From a virus (lineage: Duplodnaviria > Caudoviricetes): DNA of 64,000 bases. Positions within the stretch are counted from its first letter, which is position 1; each line of letters begins with the position of its first letter. Below the pieces are notes generated by a model. The model ran no database searches, was not told the origin of the DNA, and saw only the letters and a list, made by a program, of their open reading frames with translations. Both the position numbers and the translations under genes were made by a program. The stretch spans positions 64,001 through 128,000 of the IMG/VR virus record IMGVR_UViG_3300029928_000001; one strand, 5' to 3'. Shown in pieces: positions 1 through 9,858 of this stretch.

Positions 1-774
1 CAAACAAACAATATTGAACGACGTATTCGAGAACATAAAAGTAATGCTTTTAATAGTAAAAGCGTAAATTATAATAATATTATTCATAAAGCTTTTAGAA
101 AATATGGATATGAAAATTTTTCAATTGATATATTAGAAACTTTAGAAAATGCTAGTCGAGAAGAAGTAAATGATAGAGAAATTTATTGGATAAAAGAAAA
201 GCATAGTTTAATTTCAGAAAATGGATATAATGTATTAGAAGGTGGCCGAAATGGATACCAAAAATCTTTACTAAATAAAGAACAAATTACTGACATTAAA
301 CGAATGATCAAAGAAAAAACTCCATATGATGATATTTGTAAAAAATATAGTGTTTCTAAAACTTTTATTTCAGATATTAACAATGGAAGATTTTTTTATG
401 ATGAGCAAGAAATTTATCCATTATGTTCATATAGATTAGACAAGGATTTATATGATTTATTAATTGAAGATTTATAGAAACCTATTTTAACCTTTTCCCA
501 ATTAGCTGATAAATATTCAATAGCACAATCTACTGTTAAAAAATTTAACTATGGAACTTTACGTCATGGAGAATTTTACAAAGGAGAATATCCTATTAGA
601 AAAATTACTCCACAAGATTATAAGGCTGAATTGATTATTGATTATTTATTAAATACTGATTATACAAAAAAAGAAATAATTCAATTGGTTGGAACTTCTG
701 ATGAAACAATAAGAAAAATTAATTTAGGAATTAGACATCATCATGAAGATTTAACTTATCCATTAAGATAGTAA
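1..774 (+). CDS. GIY-YIG-family homing endonuclease, 5' truncated, encoded inside the dnaE group I intron
   Basis: Frame 1 reads QTNNIERRIREH...IHKAFRKYGYENF...E.YWI....NGYN..GG, the region following the GIY-YIG motif, then HTH-like repeats. In-frame TAG at 475-477 and 769-771; TAA at 772-774. Not in the ORF track. Confidence 0.85.
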
Positions 775-939
775 GTTTGTAGAGACTATCCCGGGTTAGA
801 CTGGGAGTAGGGCTACTATTGATACGTAGCTAGGTTTTAGGAAACGAAGCCTATGAAAACCGAAACGGTATGATTATTTATTTTAAAACAAATAATTAAA
901 AGATAGTCCAATTCTAATAGAAATATTAGAGAAAAATTG
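1..939 (+). ncRNA. Group I intron (3' part) interrupting dnaE
   Basis: P7 elements TGTAGAGACTA (~778-788) and AAGATAGTCC (~900-909), then a P9 hairpin and terminal G939. The exon resumes (T)AT GCT TTT TCA AAA AAT CAT = YAFSKNH, the DnaE 'YAFNKSH' motif. Confidence 0.85.
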
Positions 940-2384
940 ATGCTTTTTCAAAAAATCATTCACTTCCGTATTCTTTCGTCGGTGTCCAAACGATCGTTTT
1001 AGCCACACAATTTAATCCTATCTATTGGAATACAGCTTGTTTAATTGTCAATAGCGGTTCATTAGAAAATAATGAACAGCTTGAAGAAGTGGATATATTT
1101 GAAGGTGAAGATGATATAGCTGATGGTGTTATTTATATAGATGCGCCAGATGGACAAACTAAATTAAGAAAAGTTTCTACAGACTATGGTAAAGTGGCAA
1201 AAGCTTTAGGTGATGTAATTAATGCAGGTATTAAAGTTAGTTTAGTTGATATTAATAAATCTAGTTTTGGTTTTAAACCCGATGTAGAAAATAATCAAAT
1301 TATGTTTGGCTTAAAAGGTTTATTAAATGTAAGTGATGAAATTATTGCTGATATTATTAAAAATAGACCTTATAAATCTCCAAAAGATTTTTTAAGAAAA
1401 GTAAAGCCAAAAAAACAATCTATGATTTCTTTAATTAAGAGTGGAGCTTTTGACTCAATGATGGAGCGTAGGGCTTGTATGGTTTGGTATATTTGGGAAA
1501 CTTGTGATAAGAAAAGTAATTTAAACTTACAAAATATGGCAAGTTTAATTAAGTTTAATCTTTTACCAGAACAAACTGAAGAACAAACAATGGCTCGTCG
1601 TGTTTATGAATTTAATAGATATCTAAAAGCTTGTTGTAAAATTAATGGAACAACTAATTATATTATGAACGAGCGTACTATTGATTTTCTTGCTGAATTA
1701 GATAAGGTTAATTTAATACAAGAGGATAATACATTAAATGCTAAAATATGGGATAAGGTTTATCAAAAATGGATGGATGTATTCAGAATATGGATTAGCG
1801 AAAATAAACAACAGATTTTAGATAATTTAAACACTTTAATTTTTGAACAAGATTGGGAGAAGTATGGCGATGAAGGAAATATATCTCGCTGGGAGATGAA
1901 AACTATGTGTTTCTATTATCATGATCATGAGTTAAAAAATCTTCAAGAAAATTATTATGGAATAAAAGATTTCTTTAAACTTTCTTCAGAGCCAATAGTA
2001 GAAAAGACTTTTGAGCGTGGTGGAAAAACTATTCCATTATATAAACTTGATAAAATAGCAGGAACTTGTATTTCTAAAAATAAAAGTAAAGCAACTGTTA
2101 CTTTATTAACCACTACTGGTGTTGTAAATGTTAAATTTAGAAAAGAATATTTTTCTTTATTTGATAAACGTATTTCAGAAAAACAGCCAGATGGAACAAA
2201 AAAAGTTAAAGAAAATAGTTGGTTTAATCGTGGAGAAATGATTATTGTTAATGGCATGCGCTCTGGTGATGATTTTATTGTGAAAAAATATGCAAGTACA
2301 GTTGGACATCAATTAATGAAAATTACAAGTATTGATAATGAAGGTCGAATTACTGTAACGAGTGAAAGATATGAGGTACAATAA
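940..2384 (+). CDS. dnaE: DNA polymerase III alpha subunit, 3' exon
   Basis: AFSKNHSLPYSF...NPIYWNTACL, DINKS...IMFGLKGL, LIKSGAFD and a C-terminal OB-fold-like region. In frame with track ORF 1089..2384. Confidence 0.9.
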
Positions 2385-2740
2385 TGAAAATGATAATTGT
2401 AATGCGTAAAGATTTAGGAATGCGCAAAGGTAAAATGTGTGCGCAAGCTGGTCATGCGGTTCTTGGGGCAATGACTACTGCGCTTGATATGTTTGAAAAA
2501 GAAAAATATGCTAATTGGTATAAAAATAACTTACAAACTAAAATTTGTTTAGGAGTAGATTCTGAACAAGAGCTTTTAGATATTTATGAAGCAGGATTAG
2601 AACAAGGTTATATTGTTTATTTAGTAGAAGACTACGGTTTAACTGAATTCCATCAGCAACATACATATACTTGTCTTGCTTTTGAACCATTAGAAGATGA
2701 ACAAATTGACACAATTACAGGAGGGCTTTCTCTTTTATGA
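2384..2740 (+). CDS. pth2: Peptidyl-tRNA hydrolase, Pth2 type
   Basis: IVMRKDLGMRKGKMCAQAGHA, D.GLTE and IDTITG.L.LL motifs. Confidence 0.9.
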   Translation: MKMIIVMRKDLGMRKGKMCAQAGHAVLGAMTTALDMFEKEKYANWYKNNLQTKICLGVDSEQELLDIYEAGLEQGYIVYLVEDYGLTEFHQQHTYTCLAFEPLEDEQIDTITGGLSLL

Positions 2741-3285
2741 GTTATAAAATTATTGCGCTAATCGGTAAAAGTGGCGCAGGCAAAGACCGCATGCTTAAAG
2801 AATTGATTAAATCAAATAAAAATTTCCATGAAATTATTAGTTGCACTTCTCGCCCTTCTAGAGAGAACGAAATTGATGGTGTAAATTATCATTTTCTTTC
2901 TAACGATGAATTTGCTAATGAATTATTAGAAGATGCTTTTATGGAAGCTACTGTTTTCAATAATTGGGCTTATGGAACACGGTTCCAAGACTTAGACGAA
3001 GAAAAAATTAATATTGGAGTGTTTAATCCCGATGGCATTTATAATTTATTAGAACATAAAAATATTGATTTAAAAGTATATTATATTACTGTTTCTGATA
3101 AAGAACGACTAATAAGGCAATTAAAAAGAGAAAAAGAACCAAATATTGAAGAAATTATACGACGCTATGGAACTGATAAAATAGATTTTTTAGATTTAGA
3201 CTTCGATTATGTGGAACTAACAAATGAGACGCCTCAAGAATTTTTTGTTGCCATTGACCGCATACTCGAGGACAGTTTTAATTAA
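2737..3285 (+). CDS. gmk: Guanylate kinase-like protein
   Basis: P-loop GKSGAGKD, TSRPSRENEIDGVNYHF, YGT. Confidence 0.88.
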   Translation: MSYKIIALIGKSGAGKDRMLKELIKSNKNFHEIISCTSRPSRENEIDGVNYHFLSNDEFANELLEDAFMEATVFNNWAYGTRFQDLDEEKINIGVFNPDGIYNLLEHKNIDLKVYYITVSDKERLIRQLKREKEPNIEEIIRRYGTDKIDFLDLDFDYVELTNETPQEFFVAIDRILEDSFN

Positions 3286-3313
3286 TTTAGTATAAAGATT
3301 TTTCATATATATA
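3270..3313 (+). promoter_or_regulatory. Tripartite phage promoter-like motif upstream of nrdD
   Basis: GGACA-N7-TTAA-N18-CATATAT; the same spacing recurs at six other gene starts. Confidence 0.6.
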
Positions 3314-3347
3314 TGTTAATACCCAAAATATAGAATGGAGGAAATTT

Positions 3348-4572
3348 ATGCTATATATACAGAAACGAGATAATACTTTAGAACCTTTTAATAAAGATAA
3401 AATTATCACAGCAATAAATAAAGCTTTTTTAGAAGTAGATAAAGTATTATATGAAACGGATACAGCAAATGATATTGCTGATGAAATAGAACAATATTAT
3501 TTAGATAATCCAAAAGAAGAATTAACAGTAGAAGGAATACAAGATTTAATCGAAGACGCTCTTATGCGCTCAGAGCGAAAAGATGTAGCGCGCGCATATA
3601 TTCGTTTTAGATATAAGAAAGAATTGGTTAGACAATCTAATACAACTGACCAATCTATTAAAGAGTTACTTGAAGGTGATAGTGACTATTGGAATAATGA
3701 AAATTCTAATAAAAACGCCAAAAGAACAACAGTTCAGAGAGATTATATGGCTGGCATTGTTAGTACAGATATAACTCGAAGATTTTTATTAGATGCTGAT
3801 ATAGTAAAAGCACACGACGAAGGGATTATTCATTTTCATGATGCTGATTATTTTGCGCAAAATGCTTTACATAATTGTGAACTTATTAATCTTGAAGATA
3901 TGCTTCAAAATGGAACTGTTGTTAATGGAGTTATGATTGAAAAACCACATCGTCTTTTAACAGCTACAACTATTGCGACTCAAATAATTGCGGCAGTTAC
4001 CTCATCTTCTTATGGCGGCGCTACTATCTCTTTAACTCATCTCGCTCCCTTTGTAAGAGAAAGTAAGAAAAGGTATATAGAGAAATATAAAAAGAGAGGC
4101 CTTTCTAAACAAGATTATGAACAATATGCTATGGAAGATACTTTAAAAGAAATTTCTGACTCTGTTCAAACCTTTAATTATCAAACTAATTCAATGACTA
4201 ATACAAATGGACAAGCACCTTTTTTATCAGTTTATATGTATTTAGGTGAAACGAAAGAGTATAAAGAAGAATTAGCATTATTAATTGAAGAATTTTTAAA
4301 ACAAAGAATTCAAGGCTTTAAAAATGAAAAAGGAGTTTATATCACTCCTGCTTTTCCTAAATTACTTTATGTTCTTGAAAAAGACAATATCCATAAAGAT
4401 ACTAAATATTGGTATTTAACTGAATTGGCAGCTAAATGTACAGCAAAACGTATGGTTCCAGATTATATTTCTGAAAAAGTAATGCTTAAGCTGAAGGGTG
4501 ATGTATACCCATGTATGGGGTGTAGAAGTTTCTTAACCCCTGATCCAGAGAACCATAAGTATTATGGACGCT
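3348..4572 (+). CDS. nrdD: Anaerobic ribonucleotide reductase, exon 1 (includes ATP cone)
   Basis: ATP cone IQKRD...FNKDKI, AHDEGIIHFHD, HNC, GQAPF, FPKL, CMGCRSFL. The exon ends at ...YYGR-T. Confidence 0.93.
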
Positions 4573-4899
4573 TAATTACACCTAAAATTAGGGCGTCATT
4601 AAACGAAGTGAACGCGTGATAAAGCGGTGTGAAATTAAAATAAAAATTTTGCTAACGGTGAACTCCCTATGGGACAATACCGTGCCAAGCCTAATAAATA
4701 TCTTATTAGGAAGGTGTAACGACTATGGGTGATGAATGTAACCCAGTAGGATGGATTTTATCACCATCCGAAGCGCTTCGCTATTAATTTTGGACTAATC
4801 GTTTTAACCAATGAAAAAGAATAGCAACAAGAAGTTCAAAAGTTCTTAAAATTAATAGAAGAGATAGTCTAAATTATATAGTAATATATAAAACAATTG
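4573..4899 (+). ncRNA. Group I intron 1 of nrdD (327 nt, no intact ORF)
   Basis: P1 pairs GACGCU with GGCGUC, giving a U:G at the splice site. P7 is AACGACTA / GATAGTC. Terminal G4899. Splicing restores GR-F-NQGVV. Confidence 0.9.
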
Positions 4900-5501
4900 T
4901 TAACCAAGGTGTAGTGACAATTTCATTGGCTGATGTAGCTTTTTCTTCAAAAGGTGATTTTGATAAATTTTGGAAATTATTTGATGAGCGTCTTGAGTTA
5001 TGTCATAGAGCACTTCAAGCACGACATGAACGTTTAAGCCATGCTAATGCTGATGTATCACCAATACTTTGGAGATATGGAGCTTTAGCTCGTTTACCGC
5101 AAGGAGCTAGTATTCATGAATTATTACATAACAATTATTCAACTTTATCTCTTGGATATGCTGCTTTATATGAATGTGTAAAATATATGACTGGAGAAAG
5201 TCATACTAAAGGCGGAAAAGAATTTGGCTTAGCAGTGATGAAAAAGTTAAATGACAAATGTGCTGAATGGCGAGAAGCTGAAAATATTAGTTATAGTGTT
5301 TATGGTTCTCCTATTGAAAGCACTACTTATAAATTTGCTAAATGTCTAAAAAATAGATTTGGTAAAGATATATTTATTGAACTTGATGGAAAGGATCGAG
5401 ACTACATAACCAATAGTTACCACGTACCTGTATTTGAAGAAATAGATGCTTTTACTAAGTTAGAATTTGAAGCAGAATTTCAAGAATTAAGTCCAGGTGG
5501 T
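4900..5501 (+). CDS. nrdD: NrdD exon 2
   Basis: FNQGVVTISL...SLGYAALYE...YGSPIESTTYKF...YITNSYHV...LSPGG. Confidence 0.92.
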
Positions 5502-6497
5502 TAAATTTCAATATAACTTAAAATAGCCACCTTGAAACTGTGTGAACGTAAGAAAAAACGGTGTTTAGATTTATATAAGTCTAAGCTAACGGGGGACACT
5601 TAATTGGAAATCCCGTGCCAAGCTTTATTATTTTATTTAATAAAGAAGGTGTACAGACTAATTGTACTGGTGATTTTATCACATCAGGAAGCGCACAGCT
5701 AATGAAGCGGAGGTATCCCGCTATTAGAAGATATAGTCGAAAGGAAAAAATATGTATAATTGTGAAATTTGTGGAAGAACAGTAAATAAAAAAATCCGTT
5801 TAGGCGGATATACTTTATGCTCTAAGCATATGCATCAGTTACATTCTCATGGAAAATTCTTAGATAATTGTCCTAGAACCCAAAATGATTTAAATGAATA
5901 TAGAATAGAACAGGACATTGCTTATGGCGGGTTATATGATGGTGTTACCTCAGAGAAAATTGATGAATTTATAATTGACTCTGAAGATTTACCAAAAGTG
6001 AAATATCATAAATGGAGATTTAGCCATGGACATATAGTAACCGGCTTACCCGCACAAAAAACCCAGCGAGAATTGAGTTGGGTTATTTTGGGGCTTGATA
6101 ATCGTGTTGAAAAAGACATTGTCATAGACCATATAAATTGTAACCCTAAAGACAATCGCAAGCAAAATTTAAGAATTTGCAAACAAAGTGAAAACGTTCA
6201 AAATAAATCCTTCATGAGTAATAATACCTCTAATTTTATCGGAGTATCATACCGAAAAGATAGAAATAGATACGATCCTGAAATTAGAAAAAATTCTATT
6301 CGTTGCCATTTAGGATATACTAAAACGCTCGAAGAGGCGGTTTATAAAAGATATTATGCGGAGCAACTTGTTTTCGGAGAGTTTGCAAATCAAGCTGAAC
6401 AAAATAAAAAACAAAAATTTACTGAAAATCTTCCAATAGAAACTAAAGAACGATTACAGGCTATTGTTAAAGAAAAATTACAAGCAAAAAACCTTTG
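5502..6497 (+). ncRNA. Group I intron 2 of nrdD, carrying an HNH endonuclease ORF
   Basis: P1 pairs AGGUGGU with GCCACCU. Core is homologous to intron 1 (GCTAACGG..., CCGTGCCAAGC, GAAGGTGTA.AGACTA, GATATAGTC). Terminal G6497. Splicing gives SPGG|AISYIE. Confidence 0.9.
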
Positions 6498-6504
6498 GCA
6501 ATAA
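5752..6504 (+). CDS. HNH homing endonuclease with C-terminal AP2-like domain
   Basis: IDHINCNPKDNRKQNLR, NNTSNFIGV, HLGY...EEA; N-terminal CxxC zinc motif; RBS GAAAGGAA. Confidence 0.9.
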   Translation: MYNCEICGRTVNKKIRLGGYTLCSKHMHQLHSHGKFLDNCPRTQNDLNEYRIEQDIAYGGLYDGVTSEKIDEFIIDSEDLPKVKYHKWRFSHGHIVTGLPAQKTQRELSWVILGLDNRVEKDIVIDHINCNPKDNRKQNLRICKQSENVQNKSFMSNNTSNFIGVSYRKDRNRYDPEIRKNSIRCHLGYTKTLEEAVYKRYYAEQLVFGEFANQAEQNKKQKFTENLPIETKERLQAIVKEKLQAKNLWQ

Positions 6505-6800
6505 GTTATATAGAAACTTCTAATTTACAAGGAAATATTGAAGCAGTCGAAACAGTAATACAATTTATTTATGAGCATATTATGTATGCTGAATTAAATA
6601 CTAAATCTGATTATTGTCAAGAGTGTGGTTATGACGGTGAAATTTTAATAGATGAAAATGTTGAATGGTATTGTCCTAATTGCGGAAATTGCAATCATGA
6701 AACATTAAATGTGGCTAGACGAACGTGTGGCTACATTGGTTCTCAGTTCTGGAATCACGGAAGAACGGAGGAAATTCGAGACAGAATAGTTCATTTATGA
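6498..6800 (+). CDS. nrdD: NrdD exon 3 (zinc site and glycyl-radical loop)
   Basis: CQECG, CPNCG, RRTCGYIG. Confidence 0.93.
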   Translation, partial: AISYIETSNLQGNIEAVETVIQFIYEHIMYAELNTKSDYCQECGYDGEILIDENVEWYCPNCGNCNHETLNVARRTCGYIGSQFWNHGRTEEIRDRIVHL

Positions 6801-7279
6801 GATACGCAGATTTAAAAATAAACGATACAGCTAATGGACCTGGAGTAAATGTTTCATTCTGGGTCCAAGGTTGTCCTCATCATTGTAAAAATTGTTTTAA
6901 TCCAGAAACTTGGAATTATAAAGCAGGAAAAGAATTTACAGCAGAAACATTAGAACAAATCAAACAAGCTATTTCTGCTAATGGTATTCAACGTAATTTA
7001 TCAATTCTTGGCGGTGAACCTCTTTGTGCAGAAAATTTATTTCTAACTGAGTTAGTAATTCGAGAAATAAAAAAAGATTTCCCACATATAAAAATTTATG
7101 TATGGACTGGATATATTTATGAAGAATTATTAAATAATAGCAATAAATCCTTAAAATATATTTTATCTACTATAGACACTTTAGTAGATGGTCCATATAT
7201 AGAATCACAAAGAGATATTACGCTTCCTATGCGCGGCTCGCGCAACCAAAGAATTATTGACTTAAAACAAAAAATATGA
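6797..7279 (+). CDS. nrdG: Anaerobic RNR activase (radical SAM)
   Basis: ATG overlaps the nrdD TGA. ANGPG, GCPHHCKNCFN, LGGEP, LVDGPY, RGSRNQR. Confidence 0.93.
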   Translation: MRYADLKINDTANGPGVNVSFWVQGCPHHCKNCFNPETWNYKAGKEFTAETLEQIKQAISANGIQRNLSILGGEPLCAENLFLTELVIREIKKDFPHIKIYVWTGYIYEELLNNSNKSLKYILSTIDTLVDGPYIESQRDITLPMRGSRNQRIIDLKQKI

Positions 7280-7285
7280 TATAAT
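7257..7285 (+). promoter_or_regulatory. SigmaA-type promoter
   Basis: TTGACT-17 bp-TATAAT with extended TG. Confidence 0.8.
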
Positions 7286-7308
7286 AAAATAAAAAAGGAA
7301 AGTGTCAA

Positions 7309-7683
7309 ATGAGTGAATTAAGTTTATATGAATTAAATAAAAATATTATGGAAAACGTTCCTAAGGAAGCAATTCCAACAGAAAAGCAATTAATAGAAGC
7401 AATTAATAAATATGATAATCACTCTAATTATTACATGCTTTTAAGCAATCAAATTAAATATTATACTGTTTTTGAACGAGTAGTTGAACATGGACCATTA
7501 AAAATAGATTGTTTAAATAATTTTGCACAAGAGGTAATTTTATGTTTACAAGATATGGGTGAAATTGTTGGTGTATCTGAAGAACCAGGAGCATTAGAAT
7601 TTTGGGTGAAAACAGAGAATGGTCCTGAGTGTTTTTATTTGTTTGATTATTCTCAAGGAATTGTTTATTTTAAAGGAGAATAA
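7309..7683 (+). CDS. Hypothetical phage protein
   Basis: RBS AAGGAAAG, 124 aa, tightly packed operon. Confidence 0.75.
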   Translation: MSELSLYELNKNIMENVPKEAIPTEKQLIEAINKYDNHSNYYMLLSNQIKYYTVFERVVEHGPLKIDCLNNFAQEVILCLQDMGEIVGVSEEPGALEFWVKTENGPECFYLFDYSQGIVYFKGE

Positions 7684-7686
7684 GAT

Positions 7687-7947
7687 ATGATTACTTGCGC
7701 AATTGATATGTTTGGCTTTGATCAAATAATTTATTATACAGATCAGTCAGGCGAAAAACATAAAATTAAAACAAATATGGATAATTTAGGAATTGATATT
7801 GCAAATGCTTGCCAAATTTATAATTGTTATACAGTTAAAATCTATGGTTCAAAAGCTTATGCAGATAAAAAAGTAATTCCGCAAATTTATAAATGCTTAG
7901 AAAATAATTATGATTTAAATAAAATAGATATTGAGGTGATTTTATAA
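7687..7947 (+). CDS. Hypothetical phage protein
   Basis: RBS AGGAG, 86 aa. Confidence 0.7.
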   Translation: MITCAIDMFGFDQIIYYTDQSGEKHKIKTNMDNLGIDIANACQIYNCYTVKIYGSKAYADKKVIPQIYKCLENNYDLNKIDIEVIL

Positions 7948-7948
7948 T

Positions 7949-8215
7949 ATGGCTAAATATTTAGTAAGTGTAGTAGAGACTTATAGAGTAGATAGTGAAG
8001 AAGAAGCAGTAAGATTAATCGAAGAAGCAAAACATAATAATAAATATGAATTAACAAAATATACTAATGAACACAAGGAAGTAAAGCAAAAAGGTGAAGT
8101 AGTTGATGAGTATCAAAAAGTAGCGTTAACAAAAATTGTTAATGACATCAAAGATCCTTACGTAGAAACTCAAATTGAATACTATAAACCAGGAGATAGA
8201 GAGGGAACATTTTAA
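7949..8215 (+). CDS. Hypothetical phage protein
   Basis: RBS GAGGTG, 88 aa. Confidence 0.75.
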   Translation: MAKYLVSVVETYRVDSEEEAVRLIEEAKHNNKYELTKYTNEHKEVKQKGEVVDEYQKVALTKIVNDIKDPYVETQIEYYKPGDREGTF

Positions 8216-8787
8216 TGGCAAAATTTGAAGTAATTGAAAAGTATAAAGACCAAAATATTAATTTGCCGGTGCGCGCCACTGCGCACGCCGCAGGTTATGA
8301 CTTTGAGGCTGCCGAAGATATTGTTATTCCTTCTTACTTTACTCTATGTAGTATAATGAATAATTATGGAACTAACTATGGAGATATTTTTTCAACGTTA
8401 ACCGGAGAGACAGGAACAGTACCAAAATATTTAGATGAAATGGCAGAATTAACTAAAGCATTACGTACTAAGCCTACTCTTATTCCTACTGGTATTAAAT
8501 GCCAACTTGCCGATGATGAATATTTAGAGCTTGTTGCAAGAAGCTCTATGCCGCTAAAGCATTGGCTTGTACTTGCTAATGGAGAAGGAATTGTGGATTC
8601 TGATTATTATAATAATCCAGATAATGAAGGTCATATTATGTTTCAATATATTAATTTTTCTCCTATGGATATTATTATTAAAAAAGGAGAGCGTATAGGG
8701 CAAGGGATCATCCGAAAATATTATATCACCGAAAATGATGCCCCAGGAGGCGAAAGAACTGGAGGTTTTGGATCCAGTGGCAAATAA
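8215..8787 (+). CDS. dut: Trimeric dUTPase
   Basis: AAGYDF, PTG, RSS, GIVDSDY, RIGQG and RTGGFGSSG (motifs 1-5). Confidence 0.93.
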   Translation: MAKFEVIEKYKDQNINLPVRATAHAAGYDFEAAEDIVIPSYFTLCSIMNNYGTNYGDIFSTLTGETGTVPKYLDEMAELTKALRTKPTLIPTGIKCQLADDEYLELVARSSMPLKHWLVLANGEGIVDSDYYNNPDNEGHIMFQYINFSPMDIIIKKGERIGQGIIRKYYITENDAPGGERTGGFGSSGK

Positions 8788-9268
8788 TATATTAGCATTA
8801 GATTAGAGTAGCCGTACGACAGGCTGGTCTGTTTATAGAGATAATTAGTTGTATACTTATGGACATTTTACTTTAACTGATGATAATGAAGGTATGAGGC
8901 TCCATAAGATAAGAGAAAAAGTAGCAGAATTAATTATGGATTATGATATTCAAGAATTAGTCTTTGAAGATATTTACATGGATGGGCAGCATATAAATAA
9001 TGTATCTACTTTTAAAAAACTTGCCGAAGTATTTGGTATTCTTTGGGAACTGGGTATCAGTTTAGAAATGCCGACGGAGGCGGTTCTGCCCGGAACGTGG
9101 CGGTCAACTTTAGGAATTAAAGGCCGAACTCGTTCGGAGCAAAAACGAGCTGCAAAAGAATACGTGTTAAATACATATAATAAAAAAGCTACAGAAGATG
9201 AATGTGATGCTATCTGTATTGGTGCGCATTATATTAAGAAAAAAAATTCAGAAATGAATTGGGAATAA
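8777..9268 (+). CDS. ruvC: RuvC-like Holliday junction resolvase (two in-frame TAG read as Gln)
   Basis: GTG start with RBS GGAGG. N-terminus ILALD[TAG]SSRTTGWSV is the catalytic ILALDQS..TGW motif; also FED and DECDAICIG. Confidence 0.87.
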
Positions 9269-9312
9269 GGACAAAACTTGTTAATAAAATAATTCTATTT
9301 TACAATATTTAT
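9269..9312 (+). promoter_or_regulatory. Tripartite phage promoter-like motif
   Basis: GGACAAAACTTG-TTAA-N18-CAATAT. Confidence 0.55.
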
Positions 9313-9362
9313 GAAGAGTTCCAGTAAAGTAAAAATATTTGTTTCTAAAGGAGAAGAGTTTA

Positions 9363-9821
9363 ATGGTCGAATTTATCTTAAAATATTGGGTTGATTTTCT
9401 CTTTGGAATTATAGCAGCATGGGCAATAAGTAAATTAAAGCGCTTTCAAGAGCTTGAACAAAAACATCAAAAAGAAGTCCAAATAAAATTAGAGGAACAA
9501 ATCATGGATAAGGTAAAAAAAGAAATTGATGATTGCATCAATTAGTCAATTACTGGTGATAATGATTTAAAATCTGATATGGAAATTTTGAATATTAATA
9601 TAGATGGTATAAAAAAAGCAATTCTTTCAATGCAAGGCAAAGAATTTAGACAGACTTGTAAAATTTTATTAGAACCAAGTCATGTTATTACCACTGAAGA
9701 ATATAATTAGTGTATTCAAGACCATGATGCCTATAATGGAATTGGAGGCAATCATCAAGGAGATTTATTATTTGATGCAGTGCGTCGAAAATATAATGCT
9801 TCAGTATCTGATGATAAATAA
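9363..9821 (+). CDS. Membrane protein with N-terminal TM helix and coiled coil, possibly holin-like (two TAG read as Gln)
   Basis: RBS AAGGAG. MVEFILKYWVDFLFGIIAAWA...HDAYNGIGGNHQG. Open to TAA 9819-9821 only when TAG is read through. Confidence 0.7.
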
Positions 9822-9858
9822 AAAAAGGGAGAAAGTTAATAATAACTTTCTCCCTTTA
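9821..9858. terminator. Intrinsic terminator between convergent genes
   Basis: AAAGGGAGAAAGTTA-ataa-TAACTTTCTCCCTTT inverted repeat flanked by an A run. Confidence 0.75.

Noticed and set aside
3348-6800. nrdD as three separate genes or as intein-containing
   Set aside because: The inserts contain stops and group I P1/P7/P10 elements, and splicing restores conserved motifs exactly
183-7308. Minus-strand ORFs 183..383, 1955..2257 and 7117..7308; extended nrdG start at 6725
   Set aside because: They are antisense to well-supported genes. nrdG more plausibly starts at ATG 6797, overlapping the nrdD stop.
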